A stretch of 32,000 nucleotides of DNA from Ignicoccus islandicus DSM 13165 (GTDB taxonomy: Archaea; Thermoproteota; Thermoprotei_A; Sulfolobales; Ignicoccaceae): NCBI RefSeq assembly GCF_001481685.1, contig NZ_CP006867.1:1362665-1394664 (forward strand), given 5' to 3'. The translations under genes and the position numbers were made by a program. The notes beneath the pieces were generated by a model. The model worked only from the letters and a program-made list of their open reading frames with translations, ran no database searches and was not told the origin of the DNA. Below, one piece after another: positions 1-8,426 of this stretch. Position 1 is the stretch's first letter. Each line of letters begins with the position of its first letter.

Positions 1-168
1 CATAGAGTGTGCTCATTTTGTGGTAGAGAAATTGAGCCAGGAACGGGTATAATGTTTGTTAGAAACGATGGATCGATTTTGTGGTTCTGTAGCAGCAAGT
101 GTTTCAAGAACTATAAGATGGGAAGGAAGGCGCGTAAGTTACCTTGGACAGCAAATTACGGAAGGTGA
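1..168 (+). CDS. rpl24e: Ribosomal protein eL24 (L24e), 5'-truncated by window edge
   Basis: Frame 1 reads [55 protein letters not shown], with the CxxC...CxxxC zinc ribbon and motifs typical of L24e; immediately precedes ndk. Confidence 0.92.
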   Translation, partial: HRVCSFCGREIEPGTGIMFVRNDGSILWFCSSKCFKNYKMGRKARKLPWTANYGR

Positions 169-175
169 TTGAGTA

Positions 176-622
176 ATGAGCGTCGAATTAGAGTTCGTGA
201 TGATAAAGCCGGATGGAGTTAAAAGAGGGTTAATAGGAGAAATAATCTCAAGAATCGAAAGGAAAGGTTTAAAGATAAAGGCATTGAAAATGATTAAAAT
301 GAGTAAGGAGATGGCAGAGGAACTTTACGCTGAACATAAAGGCAAACCGTTCTTCAATGACTTGGTTGAATACGTTACCTCGGGTCCAGTAGTAGTAATG
401 ATTGTAGAGGGTCCAAAGGCGGTTCAAGTTGTTAGGAAAATGATCGGTGCTACCGACGGCGCTGAAGCTGAACCCGGAAGCATACGCGGTGATTTCGCCT
501 TGAGTAAAGCGAGGAACATAGTTCATGCTACTGACTCACCGGAAAAAGTTGAGAAGGAGGCATCGATATTCTTTAAACTAGACGAACTCGTGGATTACGA
601 TTACCTACACGCGATTTACTAA
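176..622 (+). CDS. ndk: Nucleoside diphosphate kinase
   Basis: 148 aa, [25 protein letters not shown]... and [20 protein letters not shown] (the catalytic His motif NxxHxSDS appears as NIVHATDS). Confidence 0.96.
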   Translation: MSVELEFVMIKPDGVKRGLIGEIISRIERKGLKIKALKMIKMSKEMAEELYAEHKGKPFFNDLVEYVTSGPVVVMIVEGPKAVQVVRKMIGATDGAEAEPGSIRGDFALSKARNIVHATDSPEKVEKEASIFFKLDELVDYDYLHAIY

Positions 623-673
623 ACGATTCGTTTTAGTTATTAAACAGAGCAAATAAAGAACCATATTTCATTA

Positions 674-1579
674 TCATTGAACGTTCTCTTCTTTACCTCT
701 AATCGATGCTATCGATTTAGCTAAGTCGACCGTCATTAGTCCTCGCGTAGAAATTGTACATACTTGTGGACGACCCTTCCCCCATATTAGATAGGCTATA
801 CATTCTAGAAGCACTTGGACCTCGGAACTTTCCCATAATATTCTCTTATAAAGTTTGCTCATAAATGGAATTGTTAAAACTTTGACGTTTCTAGCAACTA
901 TATTCATTATTTCATTCATTAATAACCTTCTTTCGTTAACGTCAGTAAGTATTCTCGGAGTTATTTGGTTGATTACGAATATGTCAGGTAGAGTTCCCAT
1001 AGCAGCCTCTGCTATTCTAAGCGTCCTTTCAATCTCGGTAATGCTAGCTTGGGACAGGAGAACACTTCTTGCGTTTAGAGACTCAATAACGCACTTCAAA
1101 ATTGGTATATCTGCGAAACTAGCAGCAGGAGTATCGAAGACTATTAAGTCGTAAAACTCCGATATTTCGAAGAGAGTCTGTGCGACTTTTCGCGCTGCAT
1201 GCGGAATACCATATCTCATTATCTCTTCTGAGTATTTGATTGCTGAATCCAGCGTTCCTGAAGGTATAACGTGTAGTAATCCATCACCAAGAACGTGAGT
1301 GTAGTCATCAAGGGAACCTCCTATTTCTAATACGTCATACCACCCCTTCAAGTTCCTGGCCCGTTCTCCTAAGAAGAATCTCGATGCGCCGTCTCTAAAG
1401 TCAGCATCTATTAGCAGAGTTCGACGCTTACTCTTGAATGCCGAGCTAGCAGCTATTAATGCACTCGTTGTTGACTTTCCTACACCTCCTTTGATGCCCC
1501 ACACAGTAATAACGTTCTCACGCTTAAGCAATGGTTCGCAATGGAACTTTACCTTGCTTTTCTTAATCTTCAATCTCAA
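674..1579 (-). CDS. ParA/MinD-family P-loop ATPase
   Basis: Deviant Walker A KGGVGKST in VITVWGIKGGVGKSTTSALIAAS, followed by LLIDADFRDG and DLIVFDTPA. Confidence 0.85.
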   Translation of the reverse strand: MRLKIKKSKVKFHCEPLLKRENVITVWGIKGGVGKSTTSALIAASSAFKSKRRTLLIDADFRDGASRFFLGERARNLKGWYDVLEIGGSLDDYTHVLGDGLLHVIPSGTLDSAIKYSEEIMRYGIPHAARKVAQTLFEISEFYDLIVFDTPAASFADIPILKCVIESLNARSVLLSQASITEIERTLRIAEAAMGTLPDIFVINQITPRILTDVNERRLLMNEIMNIVARNVKVLTIPFMSKLYKRILWESSEVQVLLECIAYLIWGKGRPQVCTISTRGLMTVDLAKSIASIRGKEENVQ

Positions 1580-1765
1580 TACCTATTCAGATGTCAGCAA
1601 TTCAAGTTATAATACCCTATAGTACCACTATTCCAATTCCCCATATAGTACTTTACTATTTTTAACGTAGATACTAGTTAAAAAAGTATAATTGCGAATT
1701 AAACTTCCGTTCGCAAATTGTTTAAAATTACCTTCGATTTGTATAAACCTAATGGTGTTTTAACA

Positions 1766-3256
1766 ATGATAAAAGCTAAGCTCAAGGAGGCAATAAAGGA
1801 AGGTATTAGGATCGCCGAAACTGCACTGCCTAAGTGGATCTATGATTATTTAGTAGAAGCCTACGAGAATTCGGAAGGTAGAGCTAAAGCCCAGTTAGGG
1901 GCTATCCTAAGAAACATTGAGTTAGCAGTAAAGGAACGTAAGCCTATGTGTCAAGACACAGGTCTTTTGGTATTTAGCATAAAGTTAGGCCGCGACTTCC
2001 CTATCTCTTATAGAGATCTAATAGGAATAATAGAAGAGAGTTTACGTGAAGCTACGTCAGAGATACCAATACGTCCGAACACTATGGATCCCCTTACTGG
2101 ATTTAATCCAGGCGATAATACTGGCAAGGGCATGCCAATTGTCGAGATAGAAGAAATAAACGAGGGCGACGCACTTGAGATATCGATAAGACCGAAAGGC
2201 GGTGGAAGCGAATATCCATCTAAGCTATGCATGATTCCTCCATCAATGGGATTAAAGGGAGTAAAGGAATGCTTGTTTAAAGCAATACTCGATGCTGGAG
2301 GAAAACCGTGCCCCCCTGGAATTGTGAGCGTAGCCTTCGGCGGTACAGTAGAAGAGGCAGTTAAGCTCTCAAAAAGTAACCTATATAGGAAAGGAAAACA
2401 TCTCGAGGAAAGAATAAGCAAGCTTGAAGAGAAATGGAAGCAAGAAATAAACGCCCTTAATATAGGTCCCATGGGACTAGGTGGCACGCCAACGATACTT
2501 GACTTAAAAATAGATTATAATTATCGTCACCCCGCATCTTATCCAGTAGCAGTTACGTTCAACTGTTGGGCTGCTAGGGAATCTCGGATAAGAATAAAGA
2601 GAGATGGCTCATGGGAAGTAATAAGCGAAAACGTAACTAGCAAAGACTTACTTCACATAGAAGACATTAATGTTCAAGCACGTGAACTTAAGCTACCTGT
2701 CGATAGTAACGAGGTAAGAAAATTGAAGGCTGGTGACGTAGTCTACGTTACCGGAACCATAGTTACCGCTAGAGACGAAGCACATAAAAAGATAATTGAA
2801 GAAGGTAAACCTCCAATAGACTTGAAGGGTCTAGCTATTTACCATTGCGGCCCCGTGGTAAAGAAGGAAGGAACTGAATGGAAAGTTATTGCAGCGGGAC
2901 CAACCACTAGCGCTCGAATGAACGAACTGGAAGCGAAAGTCCTTGAAATAACGGGTGCCAAGCTGGTTATAGGTAAAGGTGGAATGAAAAGAGATCTCCT
3001 TGATACGTTCAGTAGGTACGGCGCTGCTTATTTGGCCTTTCCAGGAGGGGCAGCGTTGTTAGCTGCTAAGGCTATAAAGAGAGTCAAGGGAGTATATTGG
3101 TTAGAGGAGTTAGGAATTCCAGAGGCTATGTGGGTCTTTGAGGTTGAAAGGTTTGGTCCGTTAATAGTTGCGATGGATTCCCATGGTAATAGTCTTTATG
3201 AAGAAGTAAACAAGGCGGCAGTAGAAAACGCTAAACGGTACTTAAAGGAAATATAG
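1766..3256 (+). CDS. Class I fumarate hydratase, alpha and beta domains in one polypeptide
   Basis: N-terminal RKPMCQDTGLLVFSIK and GGGGSEYPSKLCMI-type motifs; C-terminal GPTTSARMNELEAKVLEITGAKLVIGKGGM and YLAFPGGAALLAAKAIKRVKGVYWLEELGIPEAMWVFEVERFGPLIVAMDSHGNSLY. Likely start is ATG 1766; the ORF itself is open from 1718. Confidence 0.9.
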   Translation: MIKAKLKEAIKEGIRIAETALPKWIYDYLVEAYENSEGRAKAQLGAILRNIELAVKERKPMCQDTGLLVFSIKLGRDFPISYRDLIGIIEESLREATSEIPIRPNTMDPLTGFNPGDNTGKGMPIVEIEEINEGDALEISIRPKGGGSEYPSKLCMIPPSMGLKGVKECLFKAILDAGGKPCPPGIVSVAFGGTVEEAVKLSKSNLYRKGKHLEERISKLEEKWKQEINALNIGPMGLGGTPTILDLKIDYNYRHPASYPVAVTFNCWAARESRIRIKRDGSWEVISENVTSKDLLHIEDINVQARELKLPVDSNEVRKLKAGDVVYVTGTIVTARDEAHKKIIEEGKPPIDLKGLAIYHCGPVVKKEGTEWKVIAAGPTTSARMNELEAKVLEITGAKLVIGKGGMKRDLLDTFSRYGAAYLAFPGGAALLAAKAIKRVKGVYWLEELGIPEAMWVFEVERFGPLIVAMDSHGNSLYEEVNKAAVENAKRYLKEI

Positions 3257-3267
3257 ACCCTTTAAAA

Positions 3268-4959
3268 TTACTTGTTTGTTAGTTGTAATAATGTATATAC
3301 ATGCATTGCTGAGAGTTCGTAAAACAGCACGGAACTCGCAGGATCTGATGAAGATAACTTGCGTGCCGAATACTGGTATATCTCAGCGATTACAGGATTT
3401 AATTTATTGGATTTCGCAAGAGATAATGCTATTCCGGAGGCGTATTCACTTTTCTTAAGAACGTTTTCTAAACTAATTGAGTAGTTGACGTGAAGTTCGT
3501 AAGTAAGGATAGCATTCAAGTACATGCCAGCAGCCATCTTTTGAAGAGGGCCTTCGGATGATGCTAGTTTATATATCCCTATGGCCTCTTCACCGCTTCT
3601 GTCTAAGTTTATGTTCATTGCAAGTATGTAGGCCAGAATAGTATTAGCAGAAGAATAGACCGCTTCAGCAGTCTTGGTGAACCTTCCTTTATCTATACTC
3701 TCACCTTTACTGAAAACGTTGGCTAGTTGTAACCACGTTCGTGTTGCAAGAGCGTAGTATTTAGAGTATATTAGATACTGAAGTATGTCGTTTAGTTCCG
3801 TTGAATTGAGTGCTTCGTGATAGTAATACTTTGCACGTAAGTACCTATTTGCTGACGTGAGAAGTATATCTATATGGTTAGAATCAAAGTATTCATAACT
3901 ATATTGGTTAAGTAACCCTCTAACCTCTTTTAAGAGACTCTCTACGTTGTCTGCCAATTCTATTAAGCTCTTAAATCCATTTAGAACCATCTTCTCATAC
4001 CAGTAGGCAGTTTCAGCTCTTATTGCGGCAGTGAACGCGTAGTTTACCGAACTATACACATCAGTAGATCTCAGTTCATCCGCTTTCTCTGCAGCAGTTC
4101 TCGCTTGATCTATTAGTTCAACGCTTACATGCGTGAGGCCTTTAACAGACCTTTCATATTTTCTATACATAGATAGATAGTAATCAACCCAATTCGTCAT
4201 AACGTCTCTTACCTCCTTTGGCAATTCGCTTACCAGTAAGGGTCGAGGTACTATTGGAGGATTGTTTAGCCAGTATCTTAGTGCTTCGAATATTGTTTTC
4301 ACGGGAACTACTTTAACTCCTAATTTCTTACCAAAGTCTATTAAGTTAACTTCTTCAGACTTTATCGTTTTGATTACCCCGAAAGGTGAATTAATGGTAG
4401 TGGCTCTACTGATTGTAGCGTTTTCTTCACCGAATGGTAAGAGGAATACCGTATAACCTTTCTCTGCAGCAGCTTGTAGTTTATAATACGTGCCTCCAAC
4501 GGGCCCTATCGTTCCGTCTGGACTTATCGTACCTGTGCCAGCTACGTTAGTCTTCGGTTTTTGGTTAGTTAACGCTGCGTAAACAGCTACCGTCATTGCC
4601 ATGCCGGCACTCGGTCCGCCTACGATTACGCTAGGAGTCTTGAAGCGAAAGAAGAAGTCATACTTAGTCCAATCCTTCTTTGCTATTGCGGAAGCCACCA
4701 GAACAGCTATTCTTGCTATACCCTGGGTGTCCACTTGGGTTAAAGGTTCCGAAGATACGTAGATAGAACCGGATCCCGGATATGCTACTACTACTGTTAA
4801 GTTTCCGACCACACCTTCCATTCCGTTCTCAGTGAAAGTTACACCGATTACTGGAACAGTTACAGTAGAAGCCTTTTCGTAACACTTACTAAATGCATAG
4901 GCGCTACCACTTGCGAGAAGAATCAAAACGAGTGAAATTGTAAGCGACTTGATACTCAA
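3268..4959 (-). CDS. Exported Lon-like (S16-type) protease-domain protein with helical C-terminal region
   Basis: Signal-peptide-like N-terminus MSIKSLTISLVLILLASGSAYA; Lon-like GGPSAGMAMTVAVYAALT (candidate Ser) and TGTISPDGTIGPVGGTYYKLQAAAEKG (candidate Lys); no AAA+ domain. Confidence 0.8.
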   Translation of the reverse strand: MSIKSLTISLVLILLASGSAYAFSKCYEKASTVTVPVIGVTFTENGMEGVVGNLTVVVAYPGSGSIYVSSEPLTQVDTQGIARIAVLVASAIAKKDWTKYDFFFRFKTPSVIVGGPSAGMAMTVAVYAALTNQKPKTNVAGTGTISPDGTIGPVGGTYYKLQAAAEKGYTVFLLPFGEENATISRATTINSPFGVIKTIKSEEVNLIDFGKKLGVKVVPVKTIFEALRYWLNNPPIVPRPLLVSELPKEVRDVMTNWVDYYLSMYRKYERSVKGLTHVSVELIDQARTAAEKADELRSTDVYSSVNYAFTAAIRAETAYWYEKMVLNGFKSLIELADNVESLLKEVRGLLNQYSYEYFDSNHIDILLTSANRYLRAKYYYHEALNSTELNDILQYLIYSKYYALATRTWLQLANVFSKGESIDKGRFTKTAEAVYSSANTILAYILAMNINLDRSGEEAIGIYKLASSEGPLQKMAAGMYLNAILTYELHVNYSISLENVLKKSEYASGIALSLAKSNKLNPVIAEIYQYSARKLSSSDPASSVLFYELSAMHVYTLLQLTNK

Positions 4960-5010
4960 CCTCCGACACGCCCAGACTCTTCAGATTATCTAAGCGATTA
5001 AAGTTTGGTA

Positions 5011-6327
5011 TTAGTCTCCTATCAGCCCATTTAAGATTGTCCTTAGTTGGGTCAAGTCCTTCGCGAAAATCCTAATCATTGCTTCCTTCCCATAGAAACC
5101 TCTATCGTAAATTACTTGGGGTATTTCGTTATACTTGTTATAGACGTACTCTACAAGCCATTTCATAGTCTTCATTCCACGTTGTTGAAGGGATCTATCA
5201 ATCTCAACTACTTTTAACCCCATCTCTCTTAATCTTTGGACATTCTCTTCCGAGTATTTTATATTAATTGCAACTTTGTAATCGCTATATTTCATGGCAT
5301 TAACGAGAAGGCGAGCTAAATGGTTTGAACCACCCCACCACGGACAGTCGCATTTCCTTAAACCTCTCGGAGTCAAATGAAGCCGACCAGGTACACCTAT
5401 TACTGTAGACACACCCCGGGATACTTCTTTTGGAATAGAACAAGCTACATTCAAACCTACCTCTGGCGCAATCTTCTTGGCCTTTTCAAAGGGCAGAGAT
5501 TCAAGCCACTTTATGAAAGCTCTATACTCTTCGTGACATTCAAATCTATAGTAAGCTAACCTAAAACTGGTCAAAACGTCGCCTACGTATCCACCATCTA
5601 AGCTTTTCACGAATCGGTGTACCACTCTCGTATAACCTATAGAGTACCTTGCTGAAGTTATTGGGTCTTTGCCAGAGGCAAGTAAGCTCGTTAGTGATGC
5701 TGCTAAGATGCTTCCGGAACCGTGAATGTTAATTGGTATTCGTTTACCTTTCATTATTAGTTCTTTTCCATTCCATCTAACGTAGTCGATAATATATTCC
5801 TCGTCTGTTCCGAAATGTCCGCCTGTAATTATCACTAGTTCTGGACCCAACTTCTGGAGTTCTTCAGCCGACCACCTTATGTCTTCTATCGAGCGAATTT
5901 TAATACCTAGGATTCTCTCCACTTCTTTTATATTAGGTGTAACTGCGTAAGACCTCTTTAGGAGTTCAAGTAGACTATTCAGCCTTCCAGTATACAATTT
6001 GCCACCAGCAGACGCTTCTAGAACTGGATCAAGAACGACCTTCGATCTAAATTCATCAACTAGGTTAGCAAGCGTATCAGCAATTGCCTCATTACATAGA
6101 GCTCCGACTTTCCATGTATCTACCTTTTCTAGATAGTTTTCCATTTGGGCTAGTAAAACTTCCTTATTAACACACGTTCCTCCAGCGAACATAGAAGTAG
6201 TTTGAAAAGTTATCATTGTAACAATTGGATGGAAATGAACATTGAAAACCTCTCCAACTTTCACATCGGTCTCTATACCGGCTCCAGCCGACGGATCAAG
6301 GCCACCAATGGTAAGTGCTCTTCTCAA
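5011..6327 (-). CDS. thiDN: Bifunctional hydroxymethylpyrimidine (phosphate) kinase / ThiN-type thiamine-phosphate synthase
   Basis: N-terminal ALTIGGLDPSAGAGIETDVKV...VLDPVLEASAGG (ThiD); C-terminal region from about residue 250 with PEVGLNVACSIP and VIYDRGFYGKEAMIRIF, typical of ThiN. Confidence 0.85.
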   Translation of the reverse strand: MRRALTIGGLDPSAGAGIETDVKVGEVFNVHFHPIVTMITFQTTSMFAGGTCVNKEVLLAQMENYLEKVDTWKVGALCNEAIADTLANLVDEFRSKVVLDPVLEASAGGKLYTGRLNSLLELLKRSYAVTPNIKEVERILGIKIRSIEDIRWSAEELQKLGPELVIITGGHFGTDEEYIIDYVRWNGKELIMKGKRIPINIHGSGSILAASLTSLLASGKDPITSARYSIGYTRVVHRFVKSLDGGYVGDVLTSFRLAYYRFECHEEYRAFIKWLESLPFEKAKKIAPEVGLNVACSIPKEVSRGVSTVIGVPGRLHLTPRGLRKCDCPWWGGSNHLARLLVNAMKYSDYKVAINIKYSEENVQRLREMGLKVVEIDRSLQQRGMKTMKWLVEYVYNKYNEIPQVIYDRGFYGKEAMIRIFAKDLTQLRTILNGLIGD

Positions 6328-6362
6328 TATAACTCACCAGATAGCCGTGGGGTGTTAGAATA

Positions 6363-7202
6363 ATGAATTTTAGAAAGTATCCAGTGAAAGGGAGCAAAGT
6401 TTGTTTGAAGAGCAATAAAATAGCAGTTCTGCGACGAGAAGGTGGTCTTGCAATTATTGATGTTAATAGCAATAGCGTTAGGTTAATAGGAGGTTTCTTC
6501 GTATTCAAGGACTTTGCATGGGGGACGAACCGAATTGCTGCTTTAACTCATAACGTAGCGATGCTATATGATCACGATGGAACCCTTTATAAAGTAATTA
6601 AGTTCGACAGTGAGGCGTCAACTGTTGCATACCTAAATAATTTCTATTTAGTTGGTACAACTGATGGTAACTTAGTTAAATTCAATGAAGACGGACAAGT
6701 TATCTGGAAGAAGAAAATATGGGATGGTAGCATAGATAGAATAGATCTAACGCAGAGTGGATACATCATAGTGGTCGCATCTTCAACAAATATGGTTCTA
6801 CTTAATCAAAATGGGGATGTGATTACAACTCATAGTTACCAATGGGATCTAACTAGAGTTGCTTGGACCAGTGATTTGAGCTTCCTAGCGGTGCCTGTTC
6901 AAAACTATGTTATTATATATAGATGGGATGAGAAACAAGGGTACGTTAAGGACAAGGAAATTAGAGTAAATAGCGTTAGGAAGCTCAAGTGGTGTGAAAA
7001 TAAACTTGCCATTGCTGATTACAAGGAATTTCTTGTCCTTGAGTACTCTAAATCATCTATATCGTTGCGTCTAAGGCTTGAGGTTATAGACTTCAGTTGG
7101 AATGAAGAATGTAGAGATCTAACCTTACTATCCCCAAATTACCTCTACTACTTGAAAGACGTAAATTCAATTGCAACAAGTATATCATCTTCATCAGCGT
7201 AA
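6363..7202 (+). CDS. Beta-propeller/WD40-like repeat protein, function unknown
   Basis: 279 aa with repeated blade-like segments such as NRIAALTHNVAMLYDHDGTLYKVIKF, DLTRVAWTSDLSFLAVPVQNYVIIYRW and RKLKWCENKLAIADYKEFLVLEY. Confidence 0.55.
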   Translation: MNFRKYPVKGSKVCLKSNKIAVLRREGGLAIIDVNSNSVRLIGGFFVFKDFAWGTNRIAALTHNVAMLYDHDGTLYKVIKFDSEASTVAYLNNFYLVGTTDGNLVKFNEDGQVIWKKKIWDGSIDRIDLTQSGYIIVVASSTNMVLLNQNGDVITTHSYQWDLTRVAWTSDLSFLAVPVQNYVIIYRWDEKQGYVKDKEIRVNSVRKLKWCENKLAIADYKEFLVLEYSKSSISLRLRLEVIDFSWNEECRDLTLLSPNYLYYLKDVNSIATSISSSSA

Positions 7203-8260
7203 TCACTTGGTCTTACGGGTTCAACTTCATTTAAGTTTACGATCTTTGCTATTATGTGGACATATCTCTTATTAAGCTTTGAAAGTCTTTCTGAGAGTTC
7301 AATGACGTTGATTGGAACCTTTCGGCCTATAGGGATAAATTTATTACCTATTTGTGCGAAAGTCATTCCAAATGGTCCACGCTTTAGCTTTATTTCAATG
7401 AGATTAGGTTTACCCTCGGAAAGGGCTGAAAGGAACACAGCCGAAATGGGGTCTTCAAACGATTCCAAGAATAACTTACTTATGTTACTGGATGGTACAA
7501 TTACATCAATTGATAGTAGTTCGCTCAATATTCTATATCCCCTCTTGGAGTAAGCTAACGCTAAAACTGTTGGTGGGAAAAGCCTCCTCATTTCATAGCT
7601 CTTTACTATCAGAGCTATACTGACGCTCTCGTCATCGTCTTTACCACATATTATAATTTTCTTGCAATTATCGATGTCTCCTCTACGATAAGTTTCTAAG
7701 AGGGTTAGCTTTCCCTTTATAACAACTATTTTATAGGATCTTGCCAAAGCTATTAGTTTCTCATCCGTATCCAAGGAAGCAATCCAAACTACTCTGCTCC
7801 TTCCGGAGAGTTCCTTTAACCTTTTAGCTAACTCGACACAAGAAGGCGACGAACCTACGACTAATACATCGCTTCCCTTTACTTTACCACCTCCCTCTCT
7901 CTCAATGATGGTCCTAGTAATCATCTCATGCGAGATCAGACTGACTATTGCGCTTATACTCATGAAACCGACTATTGCTAATGCCATTGCTATTAACTTT
8001 CCAATAAAAGTAGCCGGTACAATATCTCCGTAGCCTACGGTCGTCACTGTTATTATAGCCCAATATATTGCTTTAAACATAGATAATGATTCTACATGTG
8101 AGAATAGTATGCTTATTATTGTGATAGTGAGTATTAGTGCTAGTGTAAGGAGGATTGGTGCCTTACTCAGAGCAGTTGAATAGAACCATATCACTGATAG
8201 CCTAGTAATCTCATAGTACTTTCGTATTATGTATACTAGATTTTTAACTCTCCTTCTCAA
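7148..8260 (-). CDS. Potassium channel with two TM helices, selectivity filter and TrkA-N/RCK domain
   Basis: AIYWAIITVTTVGYGDIVPATFIGKLIAMALAI (TVGYGD filter), then DVLVVGSSPSCVELAKRLKEL Rossmann RCK domain. Confidence 0.9.
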   Translation of the reverse strand: MRRRVKNLVYIIRKYYEITRLSVIWFYSTALSKAPILLTLALILTITIISILFSHVESLSMFKAIYWAIITVTTVGYGDIVPATFIGKLIAMALAIVGFMSISAIVSLISHEMITRTIIEREGGGKVKGSDVLVVGSSPSCVELAKRLKELSGRSRVVWIASLDTDEKLIALARSYKIVVIKGKLTLLETYRRGDIDNCKKIIICGKDDDESVSIALIVKSYEMRRLFPPTVLALAYSKRGYRILSELLSIDVIVPSSNISKLFLESFEDPISAVFLSALSEGKPNLIEIKLKRGPFGMTFAQIGNKFIPIGRKVPINVIELSERLSKLNKRYVHIIAKIVNLNEVEPVRPSDYADEDDILVAIEFTSFK

Positions 8261-8302
8261 TCGCTATCGGAAGGACCTCCGGGGAAGGATAGTTAAACGT
8301 TT

Positions 8303-8357
8303 CGCGATGATGAAGGTTAAAAGCTGTGAACGATGATCGAGGGCCAAGCACTGAGCG
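8303..8357 (+). ncRNA. Predicted C/D-box guide sRNA
   Basis: Stem CGC (8303-8305), box C ATGATGA (8307-8313), 10-nt guide AGGTTAAAAG, D' CTGT (8324-8327), C' ATGATCG (8333-8339), 11-nt guide AGGGCCAAGCA, box D CTGA (8351-8354), closing stem GCG (8355-8357). Box order and spacing are canonical for archaeal C/D sRNAs. Intergenic. Confidence 0.75.
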
Positions 8358-8426
8358 GTAAAGTTACGAACCTACACTTATAACTAATGTCATCAATGAA
8401 CCCAAAGGTAGTGAGGTGAGACTGAA

